Origin: an uncultured Burkholderiales bacterium
GTDB taxonomy: Bacteria; Pseudomonadota; Gammaproteobacteria; Burkholderiales; SHXO01
Assembly (NCBI GenBank): GCA_964523885.1
Contig: CAZFYX010000038.1
Coordinates: 255-64,254 of the forward strand
Reading direction: 5' to 3'
Length of the DNA stretch: 64,000 nucleotides
The translations under genes were made by a program, and so were the position numbers. A model generated the notes under the pieces. The model ran no database searches and was not told the origin of the DNA. It was given only the letters and a program-made list of their open reading frames with translations. Below, piece by piece: positions 8,807 to 16,646 of the stretch. The number at the start of each line of letters is the position of its first letter. The stretch's first letter is position 1.

Positions 8807-8834
8807 TGCTGAGGGTGGTCAGCAACGGAGAGCC

Positions 8835-9353
8835 TCATGACACCTCGAGCGTGAGCAGCAGCACGTCGCGCTCGCGCTTCGTGCTCACCCGCAGGCCGCT
8901 CTTCTCGAACACGCGCAGCATCGGCGTGTTGCCGGCGAGCACCTCGGCCACCAGGCGCTGCAGCCCGGCTTCGCGAGCGATGCCGGCGAGATGCCGCATG
9001 AGCCGACTGCCGATGCCCTGGCCCTGGTGCGCGTCGTCCACGACGAAGGCCACCTCCGCCGCACCCGGCTCGCTCACCACGTAGCGGGCGGTACCGACGA
9101 TGCGCTCGCGGCCCTGCTCCCGCAGCACTGCCGCCAGCGCCACGTGCTGCACGAAATCGACATGCGTGTAGTACTCGGCTTCGCGCTCGCTGAACCGGCG
9201 CTTGAGCGTGAAGAAGCGGCGGTAGATCGATTCGTCGCTCAACCGGCCTGCCGCCGCTTCCAGCTCGGCCCGGTCCTCCGGGCGCAGGGCACGGATCAGC
9301 AGCGTGCGTCCGTCGCGCAGGATCTCGGTGGCGGCGTACCGGCCCGCGTCCAT
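8835..9353 (-). CDS. GNAT-family acetyltransferase resembling the GNAT domain of Pat-type protein lysine acetyltransferases
   Basis: IRALRPEDRAELEAAAGRLSDESIYRRFF ... DDAHQGQGIGSRLMRHL (acetyl-CoA-binding Q/RxxGxG/A motif). It starts 4 nt after the ackA stop. Confidence 0.75.
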   Translation of the reverse strand: MDAGRYAATEILRDGRTLLIRALRPEDRAELEAAAGRLSDESIYRRFFTLKRRFSEREAEYYTHVDFVQHVALAAVLREQGRERIVGTARYVVSEPGAAEVAFVVDDAHQGQGIGSRLMRHLAGIAREAGLQRLVAEVLAGNTPMLRVFEKSGLRVSTKRERDVLLLTLEVS

Positions 9354-9357
9354 CCCG

Positions 9358-10539
9358 TCAGGCGGCGAGCAGGGCCCGCGTGTGCCGGGCGATCATCAGT
9401 TCCTCGTTGGTCGGCACCACCCAGGCCGAGACGCGGCTGCCGGTGGTGCTGATGCGCGGACCGCCCCTGGCGTTCGCCTTACAATCCAGTTCGACACCCA
9501 GCCATGCGGCGTCGCGGCACACGCGCTCGCGCAGCACGGCCGCGTTCTCGCCGATGCCGGCCGTGAACACGATGGCGTCCAGTCCGCCGAGGGCGGCGGC
9601 CAGCGAGCCGATCTCGCGCCGGATCCGGTACAGGAAGAGGTCCACCGCCAGCTTCGCACGCGGCTCGTCGCTCGCCAGCAGCGTGCGCATGTCGCTGGAG
9701 AGCCCCGACACGCCGAGCAGGCCCGACTGGCTGTAGATCAGCTTCTCGATCGCGCGTGCGTCCATCCGGCGCTGGTCCATCAGGTACAGCAGCACGCCCG
9801 GATCGATCGCGCCGCAGCGGGTGCCCATCATCAGGCCGTCCACCGCGGTGAAGCCCATCGTGCTGGCCACGCTCTGGCCGCCGGCGATCGCGCAGATGCT
9901 CGAGCCGTTGCCCAGATGCAGCGCCAGCGTGCGCCCATTCGCCGCCTTCGCGTCGTACTTCGGCAGCACCGACGCGATGTACTCATAGGACAGGCCGTGG
10001 AAGCCGTAGCGGCGCACGCCCTGCTCGTGCATCTCGTAGGGCAGGGCGAACATCTGCGCGAGCTCGGGGTTGGTGCGATGGAACGAGGTATCGAAGCAGC
10101 CGACCTGCGGGAGCTCGGGCGCACGCTCGAGCAGCAGCCGGATCGGCGCCAGGTTGTGCGGCTGGTGCAGCGGGGCGAGTGGCACGAACTGCTCCAGCGC
10201 CTGCAGCACCGCGCCGTCCAGGCGCACCGGCCTGGTGTAGGCCATGCCGCCGTGCACGATGCGGTGGCCGACGCCGATCAGGCGACTGCCCGCCAGGCGC
10301 TCACGCAGGAACCCCACCAGGTGCTCCAGCGCGCCGGCGTGACCCAGCTCCACGCCCTCACCCCAGGACTTCTCGGCCTCGACCTTGCCGGCCGGGTCCT
10401 TGGCGACGAAGTGGGGCGCGGTGTAGATGCCTTCGATCTGGCCGCGGTGGGTCAGGTCGAGGGCGGCGTCTCGCAGCGCGAACAGCGAGAACTTGATGCT
10501 CGACGAGCCCGCGTTGAGGACGGCGATGGCGTCAGCCAT
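9358..10539 (-). CDS. ackA: Acetate (propionate) kinase
   Basis: The N-terminus is AVLNAGSSSIKFSLF. It also has HRIVHGG and the full-length 393-aa ASKHA fold pattern. Confidence 0.93.
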   Translation of the reverse strand: MADAIAVLNAGSSSIKFSLFALRDAALDLTHRGQIEGIYTAPHFVAKDPAGKVEAEKSWGEGVELGHAGALEHLVGFLRERLAGSRLIGVGHRIVHGGMAYTRPVRLDGAVLQALEQFVPLAPLHQPHNLAPIRLLLERAPELPQVGCFDTSFHRTNPELAQMFALPYEMHEQGVRRYGFHGLSYEYIASVLPKYDAKAANGRTLALHLGNGSSICAIAGGQSVASTMGFTAVDGLMMGTRCGAIDPGVLLYLMDQRRMDARAIEKLIYSQSGLLGVSGLSSDMRTLLASDEPRAKLAVDLFLYRIRREIGSLAAALGGLDAIVFTAGIGENAAVLRERVCRDAAWLGVELDCKANARGGPRISTTGSRVSAWVVPTNEELMIARHTRALLAA

Positions 10540-10544
10540 GGGTC

Positions 10545-10584
10545 AGGTGAAGAGGTGAAAAGGTGAAGCGGTGAACGGGTGCCA
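10545..10584. repeat. Four to five tandem copies of an 8-bp unit (AGGTGAAN on the plus strand; NTTCACCT in mRNA sense) abutting the ackA start codon
   Basis: Read directly: aggtgaag aggtgaaa aggtgaag cggtgaac gggtgcca. The period of 8 is incompatible with coding. The repeat lies in the 81-nt pta-ackA spacer. Confidence 0.85.
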
Positions 10585-10620
10585 CCGGTGGTCCGCCAGG
10601 TTACGCGGCGTGATGCAAGC

Positions 10621-11562
10621 TTACGCCACGGCCTTCGACAGCGCTTCGCGGCGTGCGCGCGCCACCAGCGCGGCGACGGCGCACGAGGCAAGCCGCGTCA
10701 TCACCGAGTCTGCGCGGCTGGTCAGGATGATCGGCACGCGCGCGCCCAGCACGATGCCCGCGGCGTCCGCGTCGGCGAGAAAGGTCAGGCTCTTCGCCAG
10801 CATGTTGCCGGCCTCGAGATCCGGGACGATGAGGATGTTGGCGCGTCCGGCCACCGGCGAGTCGATCTGCTTGATCTGCGCGGCCTCGAGGCTGATCGCA
10901 TTGTCCAGCGCGAGCGGGCCGTCGAGGATGCCGCCGGTGATCTGCTTGCGGTCGGCCATCTTGCACAGCGCCGCGGCTTCGATGGTCGAGGGCACCTTGG
11001 GGTTCACCGTCTCCATCGCGGAGAGGATGGCGACGCGGGGCTCCTGCGCGCCGAGTGCGAGGGCGAGGTCGATCGCGTTCTGCACGATGTCGACCTTCTC
11101 CTCCAGCGTGGGGGCGATGTTCACCGCAGCGTCCGACACGATCAGCGGCTCGGGATGGGTGGGCACGTCCATGATGAAGCAGTGGCTGATGCGGCGCGCG
11201 GTGCGCAGACCGCCTTCGCGCGACACCACCGCGCCCATCAGCTCGTCGGTGTGCAGGCTGCCCTTCATCAGGCACTCGGCGCGGCCTTCGCGCACCAGCC
11301 GCACGGCTTCCGCCGCGGAGGCGTGGCTGTGCGGAGCATCGACCCGCTCAAAGCCGGAGAGGTCGAGCTTGCACTTGGCAGCCACGGCATCGATGCGCGC
11401 CTTCGGCCCGACCAGGATCGGCTTGATCAGCCCCATCTTCGCGGCATCGACTGCGCCGGTCAGGGAGGACTCGTCGCACGGGTGCGCGACGGCCGTGGTC
11501 ACGGGGGGAAACTCGCGTGCGCGCTGGAGCAGGCGTTCGTACTTCTCGTGCTTGCGGCTCAT
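10621..11562 (-). CDS. pta: Phosphate acetyl/butyryl-transferase (short PTA_PTB-type)
   Basis: 313 aa. ATG with AGGAG upstream. The PTA_PTB pattern is present (LMKGSLHTDELM, SDAAVNIAP, ANILIVPDLEAGN). Confidence 0.85.
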   Translation of the reverse strand: MSRKHEKYERLLQRAREFPPVTTAVAHPCDESSLTGAVDAAKMGLIKPILVGPKARIDAVAAKCKLDLSGFERVDAPHSHASAAEAVRLVREGRAECLMKGSLHTDELMGAVVSREGGLRTARRISHCFIMDVPTHPEPLIVSDAAVNIAPTLEEKVDIVQNAIDLALALGAQEPRVAILSAMETVNPKVPSTIEAAALCKMADRKQITGGILDGPLALDNAISLEAAQIKQIDSPVAGRANILIVPDLEAGNMLAKSLTFLADADAAGIVLGARVPIILTSRADSVMTRLASCAVAALVARARREALSKAVA

Positions 11563-11575
11563 CGAGGCTGTGCTC

Positions 11576-13894
11576 CTAGCTGGCGGCGCGCAGCGCGCGC
11601 CTGGCAGCGGGCGCGACGCCCAGCACCGCGCGGATGCGCTTCAGCATCGCGAACTGCCCGGTCGTCGGCTCCGTGGCCAGCACCCGCTTGTCCGCGACGA
11701 CGCGGTCGATCAGGGTCAGCAGGCGCTCGCGATCCGCGGGGTTGGCGAGCAGCGCCGGCAGCGTCTCGACGGCCTGGTCGGGGGCGTAGCGCACGATGAT
11801 CTCCTGCTCGCCACGGATGCGGCGGGCATCGTGCCGACTGAGGTCCTGCGGCAGCAGGTCGCGATACTCGGCGATCAGCTCCTCCTTGAGCTGCAGCTGC
11901 GACAGCGGCAGCGGCTCGCCGTGGCGTGCCAGCAGGTAGCCGACGCGGGTCAACGCCTCGGGATACCCGCCGGTGGCGACCGAGGCGAGCGCTTCCCTGA
12001 CGAACGGCAGCTCGCGCGGGTCGGTCGGCACGTCCTTCTGCGCCGCGAGCTCCTTGTCGGCCAGGTACAGCGACCACATGTTGCCGTAGAGCTCGAAGAA
12101 CGCGGCCTCGCTGATGGCATCCTGCATCGCCCGGTAGTAGTCGAGCGACGCGCTGAGCAGTTCGGAGAGCATCCGCTCGACCTTGCGTGACGGGTCGTCG
12201 GCGCCCAGCGGCTGGCGCTGCGCCTTGACCGCCTCCGCAGTCGGTGCGAGCCAGGCGAGCCAGGGGTTGAGGTCCGAGATCGACCAGCGCTGGAAGCGCA
12301 GCGGATGGAAGCTGCGCTGCAGCTGTGCGCCGTACTCGGTGGCCACGGCCTGCACCAGCGGGCGCGCGAACAGCTCGTACGCGCGCTGGTTGAATTCCGA
12401 GATCGCGTTGACCGCCTCGAACGGCTTCTCGTCCGCGCGCTTGAACCGGTTCAGCCGCGCGACCACCTCCTCGAGACGGCGTTCGACGAACTTCACGTCG
12501 TACACGGTCTTGCCGTCGGCACCGGTGCTCTCGCTGATCTGCATCCCGTACAGGCCCGGCGGCAGTGCCTCGATCGACTCGAGCACCGACACGATCTGGG
12601 CATGCTCCTTCTTGGCCACCTTGCCGGAGACGAAGATGCCCAGGTGGCCGATGTTCTCGTGCACCAGGCCCACGATCACCTGGCCGCGCGCCTTGATCTC
12701 CTCGGTGCTGCCGTACACGTCGGCGACCCAGTTGAACGCCTGCTGAGGGGGCGTGATGTTGTCACCCATGGAGGCGAAGAGAACGATCGGGACCTTCAGC
12801 TCGCGCAGGTCGAACACGCCGCTGCCCGAGCGCACCGTGCCCGACCACAGCTTGTTGCCCACGAACAGGTTCTGCGTGATCCACTCGATCTCTTCCCGGT
12901 TCATCAGGTAGAACCCGCCCCACCAGCGCTCGAACTCGAGGAAGCGCGGGGGTTCGCTGTCGACGTTAGCGAACACGTGGTAGTACTTGTCCCAGAACGT
13001 GTTGGCCGGATTCAGGCTCTCGAAGTTCTGCACCAGCCACGCGCCGTCGAACTTGCCTGCGCCCAGGTCGGAGGTGAGCGAGGCCAGCCAGGTGCCGCCG
13101 AGCAGGCCGCCGGCATAGCGCATCGGGTTGTCGCCTTCGCCTTCGCTCCACGCGCCGCCCCAGTACGACATGGGCGCGCCGTTGATCACGATGGGGCCGG
13201 TGTCGTCGGGGTTGGCCGCGCCCAGCATCATCGCGGCCCAGCCGCCCTGGCAGTTGCCCACGATGGCAGGCTTGGCCGCGTCCGGATGCAACGCGCGCAC
13301 CTTCTGCACGAACTGGCGCTCGGCCTCGCACACGTCGAGCAGGGTCTGTTCGGGCTCCGGCTCGGGGAAGAAGATCACGAAGTAGACCGGATGCCCCTCG
13401 CGCAGTGCGACGCCCACCTGCGAGTCGTCCTTGAAGCCGCCGATGCCCGGGCCATGGCCTGCACGCGGGTCGATGATCAGGTAGGGGCGCCGCTTCGGGT
13501 CCACCGTCACGCCCTGCGGCGGGACGATCCGCACCAGCGCGTAATTGACCGGGCGCTGCAGGGTGCGGCCGTCGAGCACCATCTCGTGGTCGAAGTGCAG
13601 GACCGGCGGCAGACCGGCGCGGGTGTGCTCGACGAAATTGTTGCCGCGCTGGCGCAGCGTGTCCCAGAACAGCACGCAGCGCTGGGCGAAGTCCAGCGCG
13701 TATCGCCCTGCGTCCGTCCACAGTTCCCAGGGTGTCATGGGCTTCGCCATGAGCCCTTCGACCTGCTCGCGGTACGCCTTCTGCACGCGCTCGTTGTACT
13801 GCTCCTGTGCGCGCTTCACGCGGGCCTGGAAGAGGCGGGTGACCTTGGTGGCGACGTCCTGGCTGCGGGAGAGGTGGCGGGTGGGATCGTTCAT
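11576..13894 (-). CDS. DUF3141-type alpha/beta-hydrolase, PHA-synthase-like
   Basis: A large conserved protein with a GxCxGG lipase/PHA-synthase box (VGNCQGGW). I prefer the ATG at 13892-13894 over the track's TTG at 13948, because a predicted promoter (box at 13964, -10 CATAAT at 13937-13942) would place the transcription start downstream of 13948. Confidence 0.65.
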   Translation of the reverse strand: MNDPTRHLSRSQDVATKVTRLFQARVKRAQEQYNERVQKAYREQVEGLMAKPMTPWELWTDAGRYALDFAQRCVLFWDTLRQRGNNFVEHTRAGLPPVLHFDHEMVLDGRTLQRPVNYALVRIVPPQGVTVDPKRRPYLIIDPRAGHGPGIGGFKDDSQVGVALREGHPVYFVIFFPEPEPEQTLLDVCEAERQFVQKVRALHPDAAKPAIVGNCQGGWAAMMLGAANPDDTGPIVINGAPMSYWGGAWSEGEGDNPMRYAGGLLGGTWLASLTSDLGAGKFDGAWLVQNFESLNPANTFWDKYYHVFANVDSEPPRFLEFERWWGGFYLMNREEIEWITQNLFVGNKLWSGTVRSGSGVFDLRELKVPIVLFASMGDNITPPQQAFNWVADVYGSTEEIKARGQVIVGLVHENIGHLGIFVSGKVAKKEHAQIVSVLESIEALPPGLYGMQISESTGADGKTVYDVKFVERRLEEVVARLNRFKRADEKPFEAVNAISEFNQRAYELFARPLVQAVATEYGAQLQRSFHPLRFQRWSISDLNPWLAWLAPTAEAVKAQRQPLGADDPSRKVERMLSELLSASLDYYRAMQDAISEAAFFELYGNMWSLYLADKELAAQKDVPTDPRELPFVREALASVATGGYPEALTRVGYLLARHGEPLPLSQLQLKEELIAEYRDLLPQDLSRHDARRIRGEQEIIVRYAPDQAVETLPALLANPADRERLLTLIDRVVADKRVLATEPTTGQFAMLKRIRAVLGVAPAARRALRAAS

Positions 13895-13963
13895 GGCGGA
13901 GAGGAGGGTTGTCGGCGAGGGATGTTGCAGCGCGCAATTATGAGGCAAGAAGGCTAAAGTTTC

Positions 13964-13977
13964 TTGACGTGGCGCAA
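13964..13977. promoter_or_regulatory. Imperfect FNR/CRP-family-type box TTGACgtggCGCAA with a well-spaced -10 (CATAAT, minus strand, 13937-13942)
   Basis: The left half-site is perfect and the right half has 2 mismatches to GTCAA. The -10 hexamer matches TATAAT at 5/6 and is centred about 31 nt from the box centre, on the strand of the DUF3141-pta-ackA operon. Confidence 0.4.
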
Positions 13978-14059
13978 GTTTGGTGCGGGGCAGGGTGGCC
14001 GGGAATGCGCTGCAGCTAGGCTGATCCTGGAAGGGGCGATGGATCCGCCCGGGCGAGGC

Positions 14060-15025
14060 CTAGAAACTGACCGCCAGCCCGACCGCCCAGCCCTGGACGT
14101 TGTCGCCAAATTTGTAGCGCAACAGCAGTCGCGTGCGGGTCACGATGATGTCGTACTTGCTCGAATCGAGCTCCAGTCCCGCGCCGACCGAAGTCAGGTA
14201 GTTGAACCCCAGTGCGCCCCGCAGATCGCCGAAGAACTGGGTATGTGCGAGTTCCAGGACGTAGCGCAGCGGGCGGTCCAGCATCAGCATGCCGGTCGGG
14301 GCCCGGTAGCGGGCCCAGAGGGACGCCGTGCGTGCATCGGAGGTGCCTTCGACGGCTTCCGAGGTGCTGCCGTAGCTGTGCAAGGTGATGTCGGTATAGC
14401 GCAGCTCGACGTCGACCTCGGCCTCCGGCAGGTAATGCTCGTAATCCAGCATCAGCGATCCGCCCACCCCATAGGCGTTGAGTTGGCCGTTGTCCAGGAA
14501 CTGGAGGTCCTGTCCGCTCTGGTTCTCCAGGATGTCGTTGAAGATCGACAGGTCGCTCTCCACGTGTCCCAGGGAGAAGTTGAAGATCGGCCGCAGGACG
14601 AGTCTGTCGTTGAGACGGAAGTCCCAGCCGGCCCCCACGGTGCCGGATAGGCTGTTCCACTTGACCGGGAAGAGACGCTGCTGTCTGCCGTCGCTTGCCA
14701 CGAAGGTCGGGTCGTAGCGGGCATAGGCCGCGGTGCCCTCGAGATAGAGCGGAAACTCGCGGCTCACGGTGAATCCGCCGCCGAGCGAGGTCATGCTCAG
14801 GCCCGGGTTGCCGGTGTTCGCATCGGTGATGGCAAGCGAACCGGTGGTGACGTCCGGCGTGAGCATGTATCCCATCAGCGAGAGCACGCCGTTGGCCTGC
14901 TTCTGCAGGTCGGTCTTGCTCACCGTGAAGACGGACTGGGCGTACGCGGCCGACGGGCCGGGTTCGGACAAGCTCGCGCCGAGCAATCCGGCTGCCGCGA
15001 GGGCAAGCCGGGTGAGGGCCTTCAT
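14060..15025 (-). CDS. Outer-membrane beta-barrel protein of unknown function
   Basis: Signal peptide (MKALTRLALAAAGLLGASLS...AYA-QS), alternating beta-strand pattern, and a C-terminal ...GWAVGLAVSF aromatic terminus. Confidence 0.6.
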   Translation of the reverse strand: MKALTRLALAAAGLLGASLSEPGPSAAYAQSVFTVSKTDLQKQANGVLSLMGYMLTPDVTTGSLAITDANTGNPGLSMTSLGGGFTVSREFPLYLEGTAAYARYDPTFVASDGRQQRLFPVKWNSLSGTVGAGWDFRLNDRLVLRPIFNFSLGHVESDLSIFNDILENQSGQDLQFLDNGQLNAYGVGGSLMLDYEHYLPEAEVDVELRYTDITLHSYGSTSEAVEGTSDARTASLWARYRAPTGMLMLDRPLRYVLELAHTQFFGDLRGALGFNYLTSVGAGLELDSSKYDIIVTRTRLLLRYKFGDNVQGWAVGLAVSF

Positions 15026-15149
15026 GGGCGCCGGTGGCCGTTCCTGGTCGACGCGGAGCGACTGGAGGGGGCGGCTGGCTGGACCAACACGACGACGTGG
15101 CGGGCGGGAGCGAGGCGGCGCGCTCGCGCATCGCCGCCCGCGGTGCCCT

Positions 15150-16007
15150 CTAGAACTTCTGCGGGACGTACTTGAACGGGTACTTCGGATCCTTGTAATG
15201 CCCGGCCTTCTGCCGGTCCGGCAGCTTCACCTTGTCGCGCTTGGGCGCCTTGTAGGGGATGCTGTCGAGCAGGTGCGAGATGATGTTCAGGCGCGCGCGC
15301 TTCTTGTCGTCGGACTGTGCGACGTACCAGGGCGCGAAGGCGTTGTCGGTGGCGGCGAACATCTCGTCGCGGGCCCGGGAGTAGTCGTACCAGCGGCTAT
15401 AGGACTTCAGATCCATGGGCGAGAGCTTCCAGATCTTCCGCCCGTCGTTGATGCGCGCCTGCAGCCGGCGGGCCTGCTCCTCCATGCTCACCTCCAGCCA
15501 ATACTTGCGCAGCAGGATGCCGGACTCGACGAACCAGCGCTCCACCAGCGGAACGCCCTTGAGGAACCGCTGTGCCTGCTCTTCCGAGCAGAAGCCCATC
15601 ACCCGCTCGACGCCGGCACGGTTGTACCAGCTGCGGTCGAAGATGACCACCTCGCCGCCGGCGGGCAGCTGCGAGACGTAGCGCTGCGCGTACAGCTGGG
15701 TCTTCTCGCGGTCGGTGGGGGCGGGCAGGGCCACGACGCGGAACACGCGCGGGCTCACGCGCTCGGTGATCGCCTTGATCGTCCCGCCCTTGCCGGCGCC
15801 GTCGCGGCCCTCGAACAGGATGCAGACCTTGGCCTTGGTCGCGACCACCCACTCCTGCAGGTTGACCAGCTCGATGTGCAGGCGCTTGAGCTCCTTCTGG
15901 TACGCCTTCTCGCTGAGCTTGCCATCTTCCTTCACGGCAGTCTCCTTCGCGGCAGTCTTTGCCCTCGCCCCGTTGCCCGAGTTGGTCTTGCCAGATTCCC
16001 TCTTCAT
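15150..16007 (-). CDS. ppk2: Polyphosphate kinase 2 (single-domain PPK2)
   Basis: Walker A (FEGRDAGGKGGTIK) plus the RSWYNRAGVERVMGF and SPMDLKS motifs. The ATG at 16005-16007 follows GGAGA and overlaps the upstream stop as ATGA. Confidence 0.88.
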   Translation of the reverse strand: MKRESGKTNSGNGARAKTAAKETAVKEDGKLSEKAYQKELKRLHIELVNLQEWVVATKAKVCILFEGRDGAGKGGTIKAITERVSPRVFRVVALPAPTDREKTQLYAQRYVSQLPAGGEVVIFDRSWYNRAGVERVMGFCSEEQAQRFLKGVPLVERWFVESGILLRKYWLEVSMEEQARRLQARINDGRKIWKLSPMDLKSYSRWYDYSRARDEMFAATDNAFAPWYVAQSDDKKRARLNIISHLLDSIPYKAPKRDKVKLPDRQKAGHYKDPKYPFKYVPQKF

Positions 16008-16408
16008 GCCGATCTCTCCATTCCTTTGACTTGTAAGTATTCCCTTGCCGAAGCGCCTGAAGCAGGGAGCGGGCGCTGCCACGGCCAGTGCCCGCTCACT
16101 TCCAACTCGAGGGCGAAGCTCAAGAACGTGCGGATGGCCACGATCACCGCCAGCACGCCCAGGTTCTGCAACGTGGGCTCGATCGCGACGGTCCCGATGA
16201 TGTCGGCGATGACGAGCAATTCCAGCCCGAGCAGGATCGCCCGGCCGAGATCAGCGCGCAGCATGTGGTAGGCATCCTGGAAGGTGGCACGCCGCACGAT
16301 GCGCGTCGCAAAGGCCCCGCCGGCGAAAACCGCCCCGAGCAGGAGCACCGCGACGCCCGCCACTTCGACCAGCTTCGCCGATTCGGCGACGAGGTGTTCG
16401 AATTCCAT
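16004..16408 (-). CDS. DUF1622-like small integral membrane protein
   Basis: The hydrophobic pattern includes RADLGRAILLGLELLVIADIIGTV. The stop overlaps the ppk2 start (ATGA). The alternative ATG at 16435 adds 9 codons that include rare CTA and AGA, so 16408 is preferred. Confidence 0.5.
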   Translation of the reverse strand: MEFEHLVAESAKLVEVAGVAVLLLGAVFAGGAFATRIVRRATFQDAYHMLRADLGRAILLGLELLVIADIIGTVAIEPTLQNLGVLAVIVAIRTFLSFALELEVSGHWPWQRPLPASGASAREYLQVKGMERSA

Positions 16409-16533
16409 TCTGTTGAGCTGCGTGCAGCCTAGCATTTTGGCTCTGGATGCACCGCAATCCGTTGTTAATTCTCGACGCCGGCGCGGCGCCGACCGTCCCC
16501 GAAGTCTTATCGCACGCAGGTCCGGGCGGATGC

Positions 16534-16547
16534 TTGACCTGCGTCAA
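16534..16547. promoter_or_regulatory. FNR/CRP-family-type box TTGAC-N4-GTCAA (perfect palindrome) in the divergent DUF1622-ppk2 / GH63 region
   Basis: TTGACctgcGTCAA is read directly. The minus-strand -10 candidate GATAAG (16506-16511) is centred exactly 32 nt from the box centre. The plus-strand candidate CAAAGT (16570-16575) is weaker. Confidence 0.5.
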
Positions 16548-16646
16548 GCAGCGGGCAGTGCAGCTCCCCCAAAGTGGCAGCGCGGCAGCATGCCTGCCCA
16601 CCTGCGCACGACTCATTCTCTCATCCTGCCACATCGGAGGCCCGCC

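Noticed and set aside
10545-10584. The 8-bp tandem repeat considered as a CRISPR-like or coding repeat.
   Set aside because: The unit is far too short, there are no spacers, the period is not a multiple of 3, and no cas genes are present. It is reported as a simple tandem repeat instead.
10571-12190. Plus-strand ORF starting right after the four AGGTGA SD-like repeats.
   Set aside because: It is antisense to pta and to the 3-prime end of the DUF3141 gene over its whole length, has Ser/Ala/Arg-rich composition and matches no family. The repeats are better treated as a non-coding feature of the pta-ackA spacer.
13895-13948. The 18-codon N-terminal extension of the DUF3141 ORF from the TTG at 13948.
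   Set aside because: It uses a non-ATG start with no SD, and the predicted FNR-type promoter would start transcription downstream of it. The ATG at 13894 was chosen instead, with moderate confidence.
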